Below are positions 26,260 to 39,165 of a stretch of DNA of 64,000 bases, in pieces; within the stretch, counting starts at the first letter, position 1; each line of letters begins with the position of its first letter. This DNA is from Octopus sinensis. Lineage: Eukaryota. The notes beneath the pieces were generated by a model. It did not search any database. It worked only from the letters and a program-made list of their open reading frames with translations, and had not been told where the DNA came from. The stretch spans positions 9,548,001 through 9,612,000 of the forward strand of contig NC_043021.1 in NCBI RefSeq assembly GCF_006345805.1, given 5' to 3'. A program made the translations under genes and the position numbers.

Positions 26260-27342
26260 CAAATTGCAACCCAGTTAGTAAGATCTTCCCAGCTATCAAC
26301 CCACAAAACAGCAACAATTTGTCGACAATTATCTCAAGATGGAATCAATGTCGAGACTCCTTCCCAATCTGGTATTTACAGATCGACTATCAAAGAAGCT
26401 GTTAAACTAAAAAAGAAAATGAAGAAAACACTACATTTAGAAAACTGGTCATTGCATTTTGACGACCGAGAATACCAACTGCTAGTTTTAAAGAATGAAG
26501 AGAGAGAAGTTAAGTTAGAAGCACTCCAATTAGAGAACGGAAAAGCCGATACTGTTGTGAAAGGAATAACATGTTTTAGATGAATACAATTTATAGAACT
26601 GTGTAAAGTTGATTGTCGCTGATACAACGACTGTGAACACTGGGAAAAGAAATGGCATTGTCATTCAGTTGCAAAGAGTATTTGCTCAAAAGGGTTTGAA
26701 ATAACAGCAATTTATTGGTCGTCAGCATCAAATCCTTGATAGATTGCTTCGTATTGTAATGAATAATGAAATTGGAGAAAAAAAAAATCCTCTCCCAATA
26801 TTGAATATACATTCATCCGAGAGCTTCTAAGTAATTACGAGAAACTCCAGGCTAATTTCAACAATGGTGAAGAAAAGATTACTGAATCATCAGGATGGCG
26901 AGATGACATGAAATTTCTATTTCATTTGACCACAGTTTTTCGTTTCTTTGAAGAAATTTCATACTGTAAAGTTTCAAAAAAAATACCCAACTTAATTAAT
27001 GCAAAAGGGAATAGCTCTTTTGGCATTTATTCTTCTACCAGAGAAAAGACTTTTGCTTCTCAATGTTTGTCGATTCATCTCTTACAGCTGGGCAGATTTT
27101 TGGTTTACTGACCAAATGTTCAATGCACATGATTATCAAAAGTTATGGGGTAGCCTGCAAGTTCATAAAAAAGCATTGAACTCTGTAAAACCTTTTGGTG
27201 TCGAGAACCATCAAAACTAGAAATTCGCAAAACAAATCAGAGAACAGAACGGGCAATCAAGAGCCTTCAGAATCTTTCTGGTGTTTGTAAAAAGAAGGAG
27301 AAACTTCAGCTTCCATTTATTTTATCTAACAAAACACATTAA
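26260..27342 (+). mobile_element. Degenerate DDE transposase, hAT-superfamily-like
   Basis: Across frameshifts: WSLHFD, IVADTTTVNTGKRNG, GRQHQILD (CxHHxL-like), GWRDDMKFL, ERAIK. About 130 stop-free codons up to 26582. Confidence 0.7.
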
Positions 27343-28403
27343 TTCTTTTTTATGTTTAAAAATTTGCTAACATTCAGCACCCTTTTTTCTTATACAGTTA
27401 CTTAAATTGAAATTAAAAATATGTATTGTTTTAAATTTTGTATGTTATTGAATGCTTGTAGTGGCCTCTGTCTTAAAATAGCCTTGCATTGAAACTTTGC
27501 ATAGAACAATTTCAATTCAGTAATCTTAAAGAGATATAAATACACTTTTATTCCACATCGCTCTTGCGTTTACAAGGATTTTAGGCAGTGGAAATACTTG
27601 GCAGAATCGTTAGCTTAGCGGTATTTCGTCAGCCGTTACGTTCTGGGTTCAAATTCCGCCGAGGTCGACTTTGCCCTTCATCCTTTCGATGTCGATTAAA
27701 TAAGTACCAATCGACTTAAACCCTTCCCTCAAATTTCAGGCCTTGAGCCTACAGTAGAAAGGATTGAGACGGTAAGCTGACAGAATTTTTAGCAAGCTGA
27801 GAAAAATACGTAGCAGTATTTCGTCCGTCTTCACGTTCTAAGTTCAAATTCCGCCGAGATCGACTTTACCTTTCATCGTTTCGGGATTTGAAATCGATAT
27901 CATTTGCATAATTATTAAGACGGCCAGCTTGCAGAATCGTTAGAGCGTCGAGTAAAACGCTTAGACGACAAAATAAGTATCACTCGAGTACAGGATTCAC
28001 TTCCCTCCTCTCCTAAAATTGTTTTCCTTGCACCAAAATTTGTGAAACCACTATTTATTCAATGTGAAAGGCGATGAGCTGGCATTTCGTCCGTTCTTAC
28101 CTTCTGAGTTCAAATTCTGCCAAGGTCAAATTTGCCTTTCATGCTTTGCAAATTGATAAAATATATACCAGCTGATCGCTGGGGTTAATTTACTCGACTT
28201 AGCCCCTTCCTCGAAATTACTGACCTGGTGCCAAAATTTGTAACTAATATAAATCAACATTTTTCAAACCAATTATATATTGAAATGTGATGGTATTTCG
28301 ATCTCACTTAAACCCACTTGAAGAAGATCAAACCCAGTTTTTCCCACCTGAAGAATCGTCACCCTGCGAAAGACCTTCGAGAGATACCACTTCCCTTGAT
28401 GAC

Positions 28404-28794
28404 TATTACCTCTGCCTTTTACCTCCACATTAGCGAAATCAGAGGTATTGTTTTCAGTCGTATTTGTTTGTCCGCGGACAAGATATCTTAAGAACCGCTG
28501 GATGGATTTGGATGAAACTTTCAGGGATGTCTGTCCTCGTGACTGGCACGAACTGATTAGATTTTGGGATCGATCCGGTGTCAGACAAGGATTCTGGATT
28601 ATTTTTCCTGTTTTTGTTTTGTTTTTTTTTACTTATTTTTTGAGAGCGGTGGGATTCATTTTTAGTATTCTCGTTTGTGAGAGCAGTCGAGTTTATTTCA
28701 GATATTCTCATTTTAAAAATCATCTCCAGCTAATCGTTGAAAGGACATTGGTGTTGCCTTGGCAGAGGTTTGTGCTCTCTGAGTGCTCTTGTTT
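28404..28794 (+). mobile_element. Non-autonomous Helentron/DINE-like element
   Basis: Subterminal inverted repeat acctctgcc (28408) / ggcagaggt (28761), 3' ctc-tct-gag stem-loop, internal gatccgg...ggattc block. Confidence 0.5.
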
Positions 28795-29803
28795 CTTCTC
28801 TAATTATGAGCATTCATAATATGGGTTTCAAATTTTGGCACAAGGCCAGCAACTTCGGGGGAAGGGTAAGTCGATTACCAGTGCTCAACCAGTACCTATT
28901 TCATCGACCCCGAACGGATAAAAGGAAAAATCGACCAAGACGGAATTTGAACTCAGAACGTAATGACAGAGGAAATGCCACTAAGTATTTTTCCCGGAGT
29001 GCTAACGATTCTGCCAGCTGGTCGACTTGCACCTTCATATTATCAACCAACAAGGGAAAGTTCTACAACAGCCATGGGCAAACTGCGGCCCGCGGAACTT
29101 TATAAATGGCATGTCAAACAAAAAAATTACCTAGAATTTCTTTTTAATAGTGCGGGCCTTCTCATGATGAGCCATATTTCATGCGACCCGCTTCTCGAAG
29201 GTCGCTTCATCTGTTAGAAACAGTAGCTAATTTCTGCTTTAAATTCCACTGGATAATAAAAGTCCTGAATATTCAGTGTCTTAAATGAGATGGTCGCGGA
29301 CGGAACGCCTTTGATCATAGCGCTGTTCGTTCAGAGCTGACCTGGAACGGCAGCAATCTTTAATAACATTACGAGCCAACGAGAGGCCCCCTACGCCAGA
29401 AGCAACAGCCAAACCTTCCCAATATCACACGGTTCCGGGTTCAAGCCCACCACGTGGCACCTTGGGCGAGTGTCTTCTACTGTAGCCACGAGCCAACCAA
29501 AACTTTGTGGGGAGGTTTCATAGATGGAAACTGAAAGAAGCCCATGGGGTTTCTATAGTCTTTTATTCGTTTATTCTTTTACTTTTAGTCGTTTACCTGC
29601 AGCCATGCTGCAGCACCGCCTTTAGTCGAACAAATCGAACCCAAGACTCATTCTTTGTAAGCCTGGTATTTATTCCATCGGTCTCTTTTACCGAACCGTT
29701 AAGTTACGAGGACACGCCAACATCGGTTGTCAGGCGATGGTGAGCGGACAAACACAAACAAACACACACACACACACACATACATACATACATACATACA
29801 TAC

Positions 29804-29862
<59 letters not shown>

Positions 29863-30022
29863 CAGGTTTCTTTCAGTTTCCGTCTACCAAATCTACTCGC
29901 AAGGCTTTGGTCGGCCCGAGGCTATAGAAGAAGACCACATGTCCAAGGTTCCATGCAGTGGGACTGAACCCGGAACCATGGGGTTGGGAAGTAAGCTTCT
30001 TACCACACAGCCACACCTGCGC

Positions 30023-30055
<33 letters not shown>

Positions 30056-30865
30056 TATGTGGAGGGCGTGAATGGGGGGTGGTGTTTCGGGGGGGTGCAT
30101 GTGTGTGTGTTATGTTTGTCCCCCACTACCGCTTGATAACCAGTGTTGGCTTGTCTACGTGAGGTTCGGCAACGGAGACAACTAAATAAGAACCAGGCTT
30201 TTAAAAAAAAAACAAGTAATGGGTTCCACTTGTTCGACTAAACCCTTCAAGGCAGGGCCCCAGCATGGCTGCAGTCCAATGACTGAAACAAATAAAAAGT
30301 GAATGATTATGCCCAGAAGTCATGTTATCCACTTTAATAACATAAGTACCAGGATGAAATAAATGGGTCTATATAATCGATAAAAACACCTCAATGTGGT
30401 GCTCTAGCATGGCCGCAATAAAATGACGAAAAATAGTTGAAGAGTAAATGACAACCACTAAATATCGCCAACTCAAACGCAACCAGGAAATTGGAGAAAT
30501 TGTTACCAAGGGAGGTAATTTATAACATTACAAATTGAATTTGATTCCCTTGAATTTCTTTTTTTTTTTTATCATTGTATGTATATTTTGAGGTTGACTT
30601 TTTCTGTCATTCTTCCAGGAGCGATCCGGGACTTATTTTTTAGGCCTAATACTTATTCTATGGGTCGTTTTTGCCGAACTGCTAATTTACACACCAACAT
30701 CGACGTGCTTTTTTCAGTTTCCATCTATCAATTCCGCTCACAAGTTTTTGGTCGTCTCGAGGCTATTGTAGAAAACACTTACCCAAGGTGTCACGCAGTG
30801 GGACTGAACCCGGAACCAGGTGGCTGGGAAGCTAGCTTCTTTCCACACAGCCACACCTGAACATT

Positions 30866-30905
<40 letters not shown>

Positions 30906-31368
30906 GGTCTCCTTGATTTGACTTCACATGATAGTTGTAAACGAGTGCCACTGTAATACGAGCGGTGTCCTTCATTTCTAGCCTTCCGTAAAAGCAAGGT
31001 CTGGTCATGAGAAAGACTACCTTGCTTGGAAACAGGTGAAGTTTGGCGACAGGAAGAGCACCTCAGCTTATGCTAACATAGAAATTCTTAGTACTTTTCG
31101 GTAGGGGATGACAAGACTTTCGGACCACCCTATAGTTTTTAGCTACGTTAATTTCTATACTTGAACGGTTGAGACAGTTTCATGTAGATGGAAACTGAAA
31201 GAAGCCTGTTGCATATGTATATATGTATATATATATACTACTAATATAGGATGATGTTTTTTTACAGAAAAAAATTTCATCAAGAAAAAGTGGCAGCATA
31301 TTAAAATACCTTTTAAGGTTAAAATTATAAACAACTTATAAACATTTTCTTTTGTTCTTGTTTATAAG

Positions 31369-31408
<40 letters not shown>

Positions 31409-31410
31409 TT

Positions 31411-31448
<38 letters not shown>

Positions 31449-32317
31449 TTGGGTGTGTGTGTGTGTGTATTTGGGTGTGTTTGTCCTCCACTATGTATGA
31501 CAGCTGTTGTTGATGTGTTTATGTCCCCATAGCTGAGCAGTTCGGCAAAAGAGATCGATAGGACAAGTACCAGGTTAAAAAAAAAAAATAAATACTACAG
31601 TTGATTCATTCGACTAAAACATCTTCAAGGCGGTGCCCCAGCATGGCCGCAGTTTAATGACTGAAACAAGTAAGAAATAAGAAATAAATATAAATAAAAA
31701 AAAAGGAAAGAAAACCCAAGACCCAGATGAGTGGAAAAAGACTGGTAAAACCAAAAACTGTTCCGATGCTAGAGGAACGACTTGACTCTGTCTTTAGAAA
31801 CGAGATGATCAAAGCCAATCTGTAGGTCTGTTTACATGTTTACGTTAACTACCTCACAAAATAGCTGTTTACGTCACAATAACAATATTTTGAGAGGCAG
31901 TAAATAATATGAGGTCGAAAGAAAGAATGCCATTGGTTAAAATTTGAATTATTAAACAACGTTAAACTTAGAAATTACAATTCCGTTTTCATTTTGGTTT
32001 ACAATTATGTTTTCTTTTGACACATTCTACCAGTATACGAAGTTTCAAATTGTTTAGTTAACTAGGAAAATCTGGCCTTCAAACTGAAAAGATCCCAGAC
32101 TTTTTCAATTCCTGAACCCAGAACTATGTGGTTGAGAAGTAAGCTTCATACCACACGGCCACGCCTGCGCCTGTGTATTTGTGTGTGTGTCTGTGCGTGT
32201 GTATACACGATGATAGCAGGAAAAAAATATTTAAATAGGAACTTCTTGAGCTTATCGCATATTCTATAATTTAATTGGAGGTTTTAATTTATACACCATT
32301 TGCTCATTTCTCATCAG

Positions 32318-32430
32318 ACAGAGCGAGACAGCACCACGGAAAACAGAGCAAAGCCTCGCTTGCTCTTCTAAATCAACAGAACAGCAACGTCAACGGTGAA
32401 GGATCCAGGGGCGACAACTCTCGAATGTAA
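32318..32430 (+). CDS. Candidate terminal coding exon (DRARQHHGKQSKASLALLNQQNSNVNGEGSRGDNSRM*)
   Basis: Unique, GC-richer island with acceptor tttgctcatttctcatcAG, open in phase 1 to TAA. Donor AAA|GTAGGT 24 nt after the stop. Confidence 0.4.
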
Positions 32431-32516
32431 CTCACCGATGTCAAAGCTTTCAAAGTAGGTCGCCCTACTTTTCAAGAAATAGCAATCAAATATTCCTAAT
32501 AATCACACTATTTTCC

Positions 32517-32772
32517 TAATAATAGGAAGGACACATTGGATAAACTAGTAGTAGATACACTATCTGAAAAAAGGCAAGATTGTAACAATTATATATATAT
32601 ATATGCTCTTTTTACTCTTTTACTTGTTTCAGTCATTTGACTGCGGCCATGCTGGAGCACAGCCTTTGGTCGAGCGAATCGACCCCAGGACTTATTCTTT
32701 TTTCGTAATAATAGGAAGGACACATTGGATAAACTAGTAGTAGATACACTATCTGAAAGAAGGCAGGATTGT

Positions 32773-32824
<52 letters not shown>

Positions 32825-33360
32825 TTGTGTGTCTGTGTTTGTCCCCCTAGCATTGCTTGACAACCGATGCTAGTGTGTTTACGTCCCCGTCACTTAGCGG
32901 TTCGGCAAAAGAGACCGATAGAATAAGTACTGGGCTTACAAAGAATAAGTCCCGGGGTCGATTTGCTCGACTAAAGGCGGTGCTCCAGCATGGCCGCAGT
33001 CAAATGACTGAAACAAGTAAAAGAGTAAAAAAGAGTAAAGAGTAAATATATATATATATATATATGCTCTTTTTACTCTTTTATTTGTTTCAGTCATTTG
33101 ACGGTGGCCATGCTGGAGCACAGCCTTTGGTCGAGCGAATCGACCCCAGGACTTATTCTTTTTTCGTAATAATAGGAAGGACACATTGGATATACTAGTA
33201 GTAGATACACTATCTGAAAGAAGGCAGGATTGTAACAATTATATATATATATATATATGTATACTCTTTTTACTCTTTTACTTGTTTCAGTCATTTGACT
33301 GCGGCCATGCTGGAGCACCGCCTTTGGTCGAGCAAATCGACCCCAGGACTTATTCTTTGT
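32517..33360. repeat. Triplicated unit of about 190 bp with an inverted SINE inside the middle copy
   Basis: aataggaaggacacattggataaactagtagtagatacac at about 32521, 32710 and 33171; a + strand SINE half lies at 32810-33045. Confidence 0.85.
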
Positions 33361-34029
33361 AAGCCTAGTACTTATTCTATCGGTCCCTTTTGTCGAGCAA
33401 ACCGCTAAACACACCAGCGATGTTGGTGGGGACAAACATTGCGGTCACTTGCTCGATAGAGCTTGGAGATTCTGACCATTTGATCTTCTAGGATTCCTCC
33501 AGCTGGCATCAATGTAAGAAGCACTGTTCATTCAGTTGAGTTCTTCCACTACCACTTCACAATCTGCCGTGCTGCTTTCACAGATTCCCATGACTCGTTT
33601 GTCGCCATCCAATTCCATTATGAATTGCGTCATAATGAATTGTTCTAACACAACCATGGATGTCACCTCTGGATGCTCTCTCAATGGAACTTGGTGATGC
33701 TGACCATTGATCTTCCAGGATTCCTCTGCTCAGCATAAGAAGCACTTGGTTCAGTTCAGCTCTTTTGCTACCTCTTCCCTATCCAGCATGCTGCAAAACC
33801 ATAACTTCGCAGAATCCCTAGCAGGGTGGCTGAATTGGTGGAATGCCAATAAATATGTAGGGCACCGTTGTTACTACTCCATGAACTATTATCTAAATAC
33901 CCAACCACCCTGGTCTTGAATTAATGATTCATAATCTCATAGCTTCAAGACTTCCAAGATGCTAAGTGATTATTTTTAGAATGACATTGAGGGATAGGTG
34001 TAACAGACTGACCCCTGCAAGTTTTAAAC

Positions 34030-34455
34030 ATAAAACAGGTAGGATATTGAGGAGACCTATTGAGTCAAGTACATCAACATCAAAATGAAAATCAAATAGA
34101 AATTGTAGTTGTGATACCCGCGCCAGTGGTACATAAAAAGCAGTCCAAACGTGGCCGATGTCAGCGCTGCCTTGACTAGCATCCGTGCCAGTGGCACGTA
34201 AAAAGCACCAACCAATCATGGCCGTTGCCAGCCTCCTCTGGCCTCTGTACCAGTGGCATGTAAAAAGCACCAACTACACTCACTGAGTGGTTGGCATTAG
34301 GAAGGGCATCCAGCTGTAGAAACATTGCCACATCAGAATGGAGCTAGGTGCAGCCTCCTGGCTTCCCAGAGCCCAGTCGAACCGTCCAATCCATGCTAGC
34401 ATGGAAAACGGACGTTGAACGATGATGAAGATGATGATGATGATGATGATGATGG
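34030..34455 (+). mobile_element. 3'-end copy of the (GAT)n-tailed RTE-like family; others near 45070-45350, 56640-56830, 57330-57530, 57690-57850, 59900-60160, 60230-60535, 61620-61800, 63340-63475
   Basis: Shared internal repeats gccagtggcacgtaaaaagcacc, the ggttggcattaggaagggcatcc block and the (GAT)n tail. Confidence 0.75.
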
Positions 34456-34992
34456 CAAGTTTCAAAGCTAAAAGGTTACAGAATAGCTGCAGTCTAATCA
34501 CAGAAAACAGTGACAGGATAAAAGAATTATTAAAGCAATCCATTAGACAGGATGGGCAGAGATTTTCAGCATTTCAATTCTTTTGATGCCACCAAGTAAA
34601 CATTCACTTTTTTTCACTTAAGTTGCCAGGATAGCTTCTTTTATTTCTTACTTGTTTCAGTCATTAAACTGCGGCCATGCTGGGGCACCGCCTTGAAGAT
34701 GTTTTAGTCGAATGAATCAACTGTAGTATTTATTATTTTTTTTAACCTGGTTCTTGTCCTATCGATCTCTTTTGCCGAACTGCTCAGCTATGGGGACATA
34801 AACACATCAACAACAGCTGTCATGCATAGTGGAGGACAAGCACACCCTAATACACACACACATACATACACAACTTATAAACAAGAGCAAAAGAAAATGT
34901 TTATAATTTTAACTTTAAAAGGTATTTTAATATGCTGCCACTTTTTCTTGATGAAATTTTTTTCTGTAAAAAAACTTCATCCTATATTAGTA

Positions 34993-35023
<31 letters not shown>

Positions 35024-35024
<1 letters not shown>

Positions 35025-35188
35025 TCTTGGCCTTTTGGTTAAGATCAAAGTGTAGTATCTGTTCTTATCAGCTTAATATGTGATACGATCCCTATTTGGG
35101 ACCATCGATATTAAACTGATTTTTAGAACGAGGCGAAGAGTTAGGGGCTTGCTCCGCCTTTGCCACGGGTTGGCCTGGTATAGCAGTT
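35024..35188 (+). pseudogene. U2: U2 snRNA retropseudogene, 5' ATCGC lost and 3'-truncated
   Basis: ttcttggccttttggttaagatcaaagtgtagtatctgttcttatcagcttaat...aaactgatttttag...ggggcttgctcc...cctggtatagcagt matches invertebrate U2. Branch-pairing GTAGTA is intact, the Sm site is mutated, the stem-loop IV 3' half is missing, and it sits inside a SINE microsatellite. Confidence 0.92.
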
Positions 35189-35458
35189 CAATGATATACA
35201 TATACAATAGGCTTCTTTCAGTTTCCATCTACCAAATCCACTCACAAGGCTTTGGTCAGCCCAAGGCTATAGTCAAAACTTCAAGGTGCCATGCAGTGGA
35301 AGTGAACCCAGAAACATGTGGTTGGGAAGCAACCATCTTACCACACAGCCATGCAAAACAAATTTTTTTATGTATTTTCAAAGGAGGTGAAGAGAGAGTA
35401 AAAATTAAAACGAATAAATAATAAAAATGAATTTCTTTTTAAAAATATAAAGTGTTTG

Positions 35459-35464
35459 TTTATT
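35459..35464 (-). terminator. Polyadenylation signal AATAAA of the NOL7-like gene
   Basis: AATAAA just after the stop codon, followed by T-rich sequence on the minus strand. Confidence 0.55.
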
Positions 35465-35472
35465 CAAGTGTT

Positions 35473-35516
35473 TTATCTTGCTCTTTTCTTCTTTAACTTC
35501 ATGAAGTAGCTTTTTG
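35473..35516 (-). CDS. NOL7: NOL7-like gene, terminal coding exon 6 (AKSYFMKLKKKRAR*)
   Basis: Acceptor ttttctcttctgttcacAG, phase 1, TAA at 35475-35473, basic NLS-like tail, AATAAA 9 nt downstream. Confidence 0.8.
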
Positions 35517-35567
35517 CTGTGAACAGAAGAGAAAATTCATTATAGTAATAAACAATTTAATACTATA

Positions 35568-35598
<31 letters not shown>

Positions 35599-35599
<1 letters not shown>

Positions 35600-35810
35600 G
35601 TTAATCCAAACATGAAAACACAACGAGAAAACACAACAACGCGAGGACATGGAACAAATATAGTATTATTGGACGCTCAGGAAGGAAGGGAAGAAGGAGG
35701 GTTTAATCTTTCGTGCGGAGCTCTTCATCAGAAACATAGGAGAAGGAAAGATCCGGAGAAGGGAAGACAGAGGGGAAAAAAAATCGGCAATGGTACACAT
35801 GCGGGCACAT
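35599..35810 (-). mobile_element. Penelope-associated short element with hammerhead-like motif (35701-35735); second copy at 61234-61440
   Basis: gttt-CTGATGA-aGAGC tcc GCAC-GAAA-gatta-aac. Both copies abut (TA)n and are highly similar over about 200 bp. Confidence 0.6.
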
Positions 35811-36365
35811 ATATATATGTATATATATATATGGTTCACATTTACTAAAAACAATAGACAGAGACATGACGGAACAGCAAGCAGGTGTATAAGTTTGACA
35901 TTCAGGATGTATGATGATGATGTTTCATATACATATATATATGTATATATATATATATGTATATACTCTTACTCTTTTACTTGTTTCAGTCATTTGGCTG
36001 CGGCCATGCTGGAGCACCGCCTTTAGTCGAGCAAATCGACCCCAGGTCTTATTCTTTGTAAGCCTTAGTACTTATTCTATCGGTCTCTTTTGCCAAACCG
36101 CTAACTGACAGGGACGTAAACACATCAGCACAAGTTTTCAAGTGATGTTGGGGGGACAAACACAGACACACAAACATATACACACACATACATACATATA
36201 TACGACAGGCTTCTTTCAGTTTCCGTCTACCAAATCCACTCACAAGGCATTGGTTGGCCCGAGGCTATAGCAGAAGACACTTGCCCAAGATGCCACGCAG
36301 TGGGACTGAACCCGGAACCATGTGGTTGGTAAGCAAGCTACTTTCGACACAGCCACTCCTGCGCC

Positions 36366-36409
<44 letters not shown>

Positions 36410-37528
36410 CACAATGTTTTGGTCGGCCCGCAACTATAGTAGAAGACACTTGCCCAAGGTGCTTTCATACACACATATATATATTCTTTTACTTGTTTCA
36501 GCCATTTGACTGCGGCCATGCTGGAGCACCACCTTAAATCGAGTAAATCAATCTCAGGTCTAGTACTTCTTATAACGGTCACTTTTGCCGAACCGCTAAG
36601 TTACAGGGATATATGGTGATCAGTTGTCAAGTGATGTTGGGGGGGACAAACACACACACACATATATACAACAGGCTTCTTTCAGTTTCCATCTACCAAA
36701 TCCACTCACAAGGCTTTGGTCAGCCCAAAGCTATAGTAGAACACACTTGCCCAAAGCGACACACAGTGGGACTGAACCCGGAACCATGTGGTTGGTAAGC
36801 AAACTACTTACCACACAGCCACTCCTGAGCCCATAAATATATATATATATATATTCATATACATATATATACACACACTATGTGTGTACATTTATATATA
36901 TAAATATATATAAAAATATATATAAAATACATAAATGACAGACAGATACAAAAATACAAAACAAAATATACAGCCATGACTCGCAATCAAATATGAGCTG
37001 CCAGCCACACGGTGTTAGGTGCCCATGTAGTTGCAAGCAGGCAGACAACCACCCAGCCCTTCCAGCCTCGACCTACATCTAAGATATAACAACTTAAATG
37101 GAGAGAGACGGTTGTTCCAACAACTGACCGGGTCAATTGTTGGAACAACTATGTATATATGTGTGTGTGTGTATATACACATACATACATACACATTTAT
37201 ATATACATACATGTATATATATATATAGATATACGTGTGTATGTGTGTGTGTGTGTGTATCATCAGAGAAATAATTACCAAGAGTTCTCATCCTCCCCTT
37301 GCATCTATTGTTCTTCATATTAGAGGGATGACAGAAAGTTGTCAGACAACATATACATATATATATACATATATATACATATATACATATATTTATATAT
37401 ATACATATATATATACATATATATATATATACACACATATCTATATATACATATTATATATACATATATATATCACACATAATATATACATATATATATA
37501 CATATATATATAACACACCACATATATA

Positions 37529-37559
<31 letters not shown>

Positions 37560-38581
37560 ATATAGATTTATACCCCCATATATATATACTATATATTATC
37601 ACACCACATATATATATATACAATATATATATATATATATAATATATATATATAGAATATACATATATATATGTACATATATATATATATACATATATAT
37701 ATATACATACATATAATATATACATATATATATATAATATATATATATATACATATATATATATACATATATATATATACATATATATATACATATATAT
37801 ACACATATAATACATACATATATATACACATATACATACATTATATATATATATTCACATATATATATACATTTATATACATTCATACATATACATACAT
37901 ACATGCATATATCATACATATATATATATATACATACACACACACACACACACACACAACACACACATATATATATACATACACACACACACACACAAAT
38001 GGCCCAAACTTGTCACACCACACACACTCAAAACTCTGTTGCACTGAATCTTACATGAGAGTTCTGATAAGAGTACAAGCGGCTATGGAATAATAATTAT
38101 TCGTTTACACTTCAAAACAATGAATCTGTGGTTTCATTCACTGAACAAGCTGGGACACTCTTTGTCAGAATTAACGAGGGAGATCCACCAGAAACAAAAG
38201 GGAAAAAGAAAAAAGATTTAATCACTGAAATATCAAAAGAAAATATGTGTCATCAAGGAACACAAATAGATAATCAAGGTCGTGGTGAGAATGATGATGA
38301 TGATAATGATGGTGATTGTAGTGGTGGTGGTGGTGGTATCAGGGTTTTCCATATTCTAATTGTTTAACTGAATGAGAATGTTCACACAGTGTTTAATTCT
38401 CACCATAAATTTTCCATTTATCTTTTTCTCAAAATTCCGATTAGTTATGTCTCTTGTTAGTTATTTTGACTAATTAAGTCTCAGGCTTATTACCACCAAA
38501 GACGGTCTAGCCTTGACTACCTGTAACACTCTAACCACTAGACTATACACCTTCACACACACACACACACTATCTATCTCT

Positions 38582-39060
38582 CTATCCGCTCAGTCGAAGT
38601 CGACTCTCGGTCACTCGATGGATAAGTGTCCTCCAGTCAGTTCTATCCTGGGCCCCTTCTTTCAGATTGGCTATGTCCATTCCGGTATCACTCTTGATGG
38701 TGTCAAGCCAGCGGGTTCTTGGTCGGCCTCTTCCTCTCTTGCCACTGACCATTCCGAGCATGATGTCCTTCTCCAGGGATTTTCTCCGCATAACATGACC
38801 AAAATATGCCAATCTATGCTTGGTGATCCTAGCTTCTAGCAACATTTTCAGCCTGATCTGCTTAAGAACTTCTCCATTGGTGAGCCTCGCTGTCCATGGA
38901 ATCCGTAAAGGTCATCTCCAACACCAAAGCTCGAATGCATTAATTCTCTTCTGGTCAGCTTTCTTTAGTGTCCAGGTCTCGCATCCATATGTTGCTATTT
39001 GGAAGACAATTGCATTCACCAATCTGCATTTGGCAGCGAGTCTGATGTCTCTACACTTCC
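38582..39060 (-). mobile_element. RTE/BovB-type LINE 3' fragment
   Basis: RLAYFGHVMRRKSLEKDIMLGMVSGKRGRGRPRTRWLDTIK...AQDRTDWR is a typical RTE C-terminus. Confidence 0.88.
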
Positions 39061-39165
39061 ACACACACAGACACACACATATATAGTTTTAATTCTACCC
39101 CATGCTTTAAAAGCATAATTTCACACAATGCAACACAACAGGAAGCTAGCTGTTACTGCAGTGAT

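Noticed and set aside
33440-33830. Host exon in a GC-richer block
   Set aside because: Stops in all frames and an internal direct repeat; more likely a decayed LINE fragment, family not assignable.
35024-35188. Functional U2 gene
   Set aside because: Missing 5' and 3' ends, mutated Sm site, and upstream sequence is SINE microsatellite rather than an snRNA promoter.
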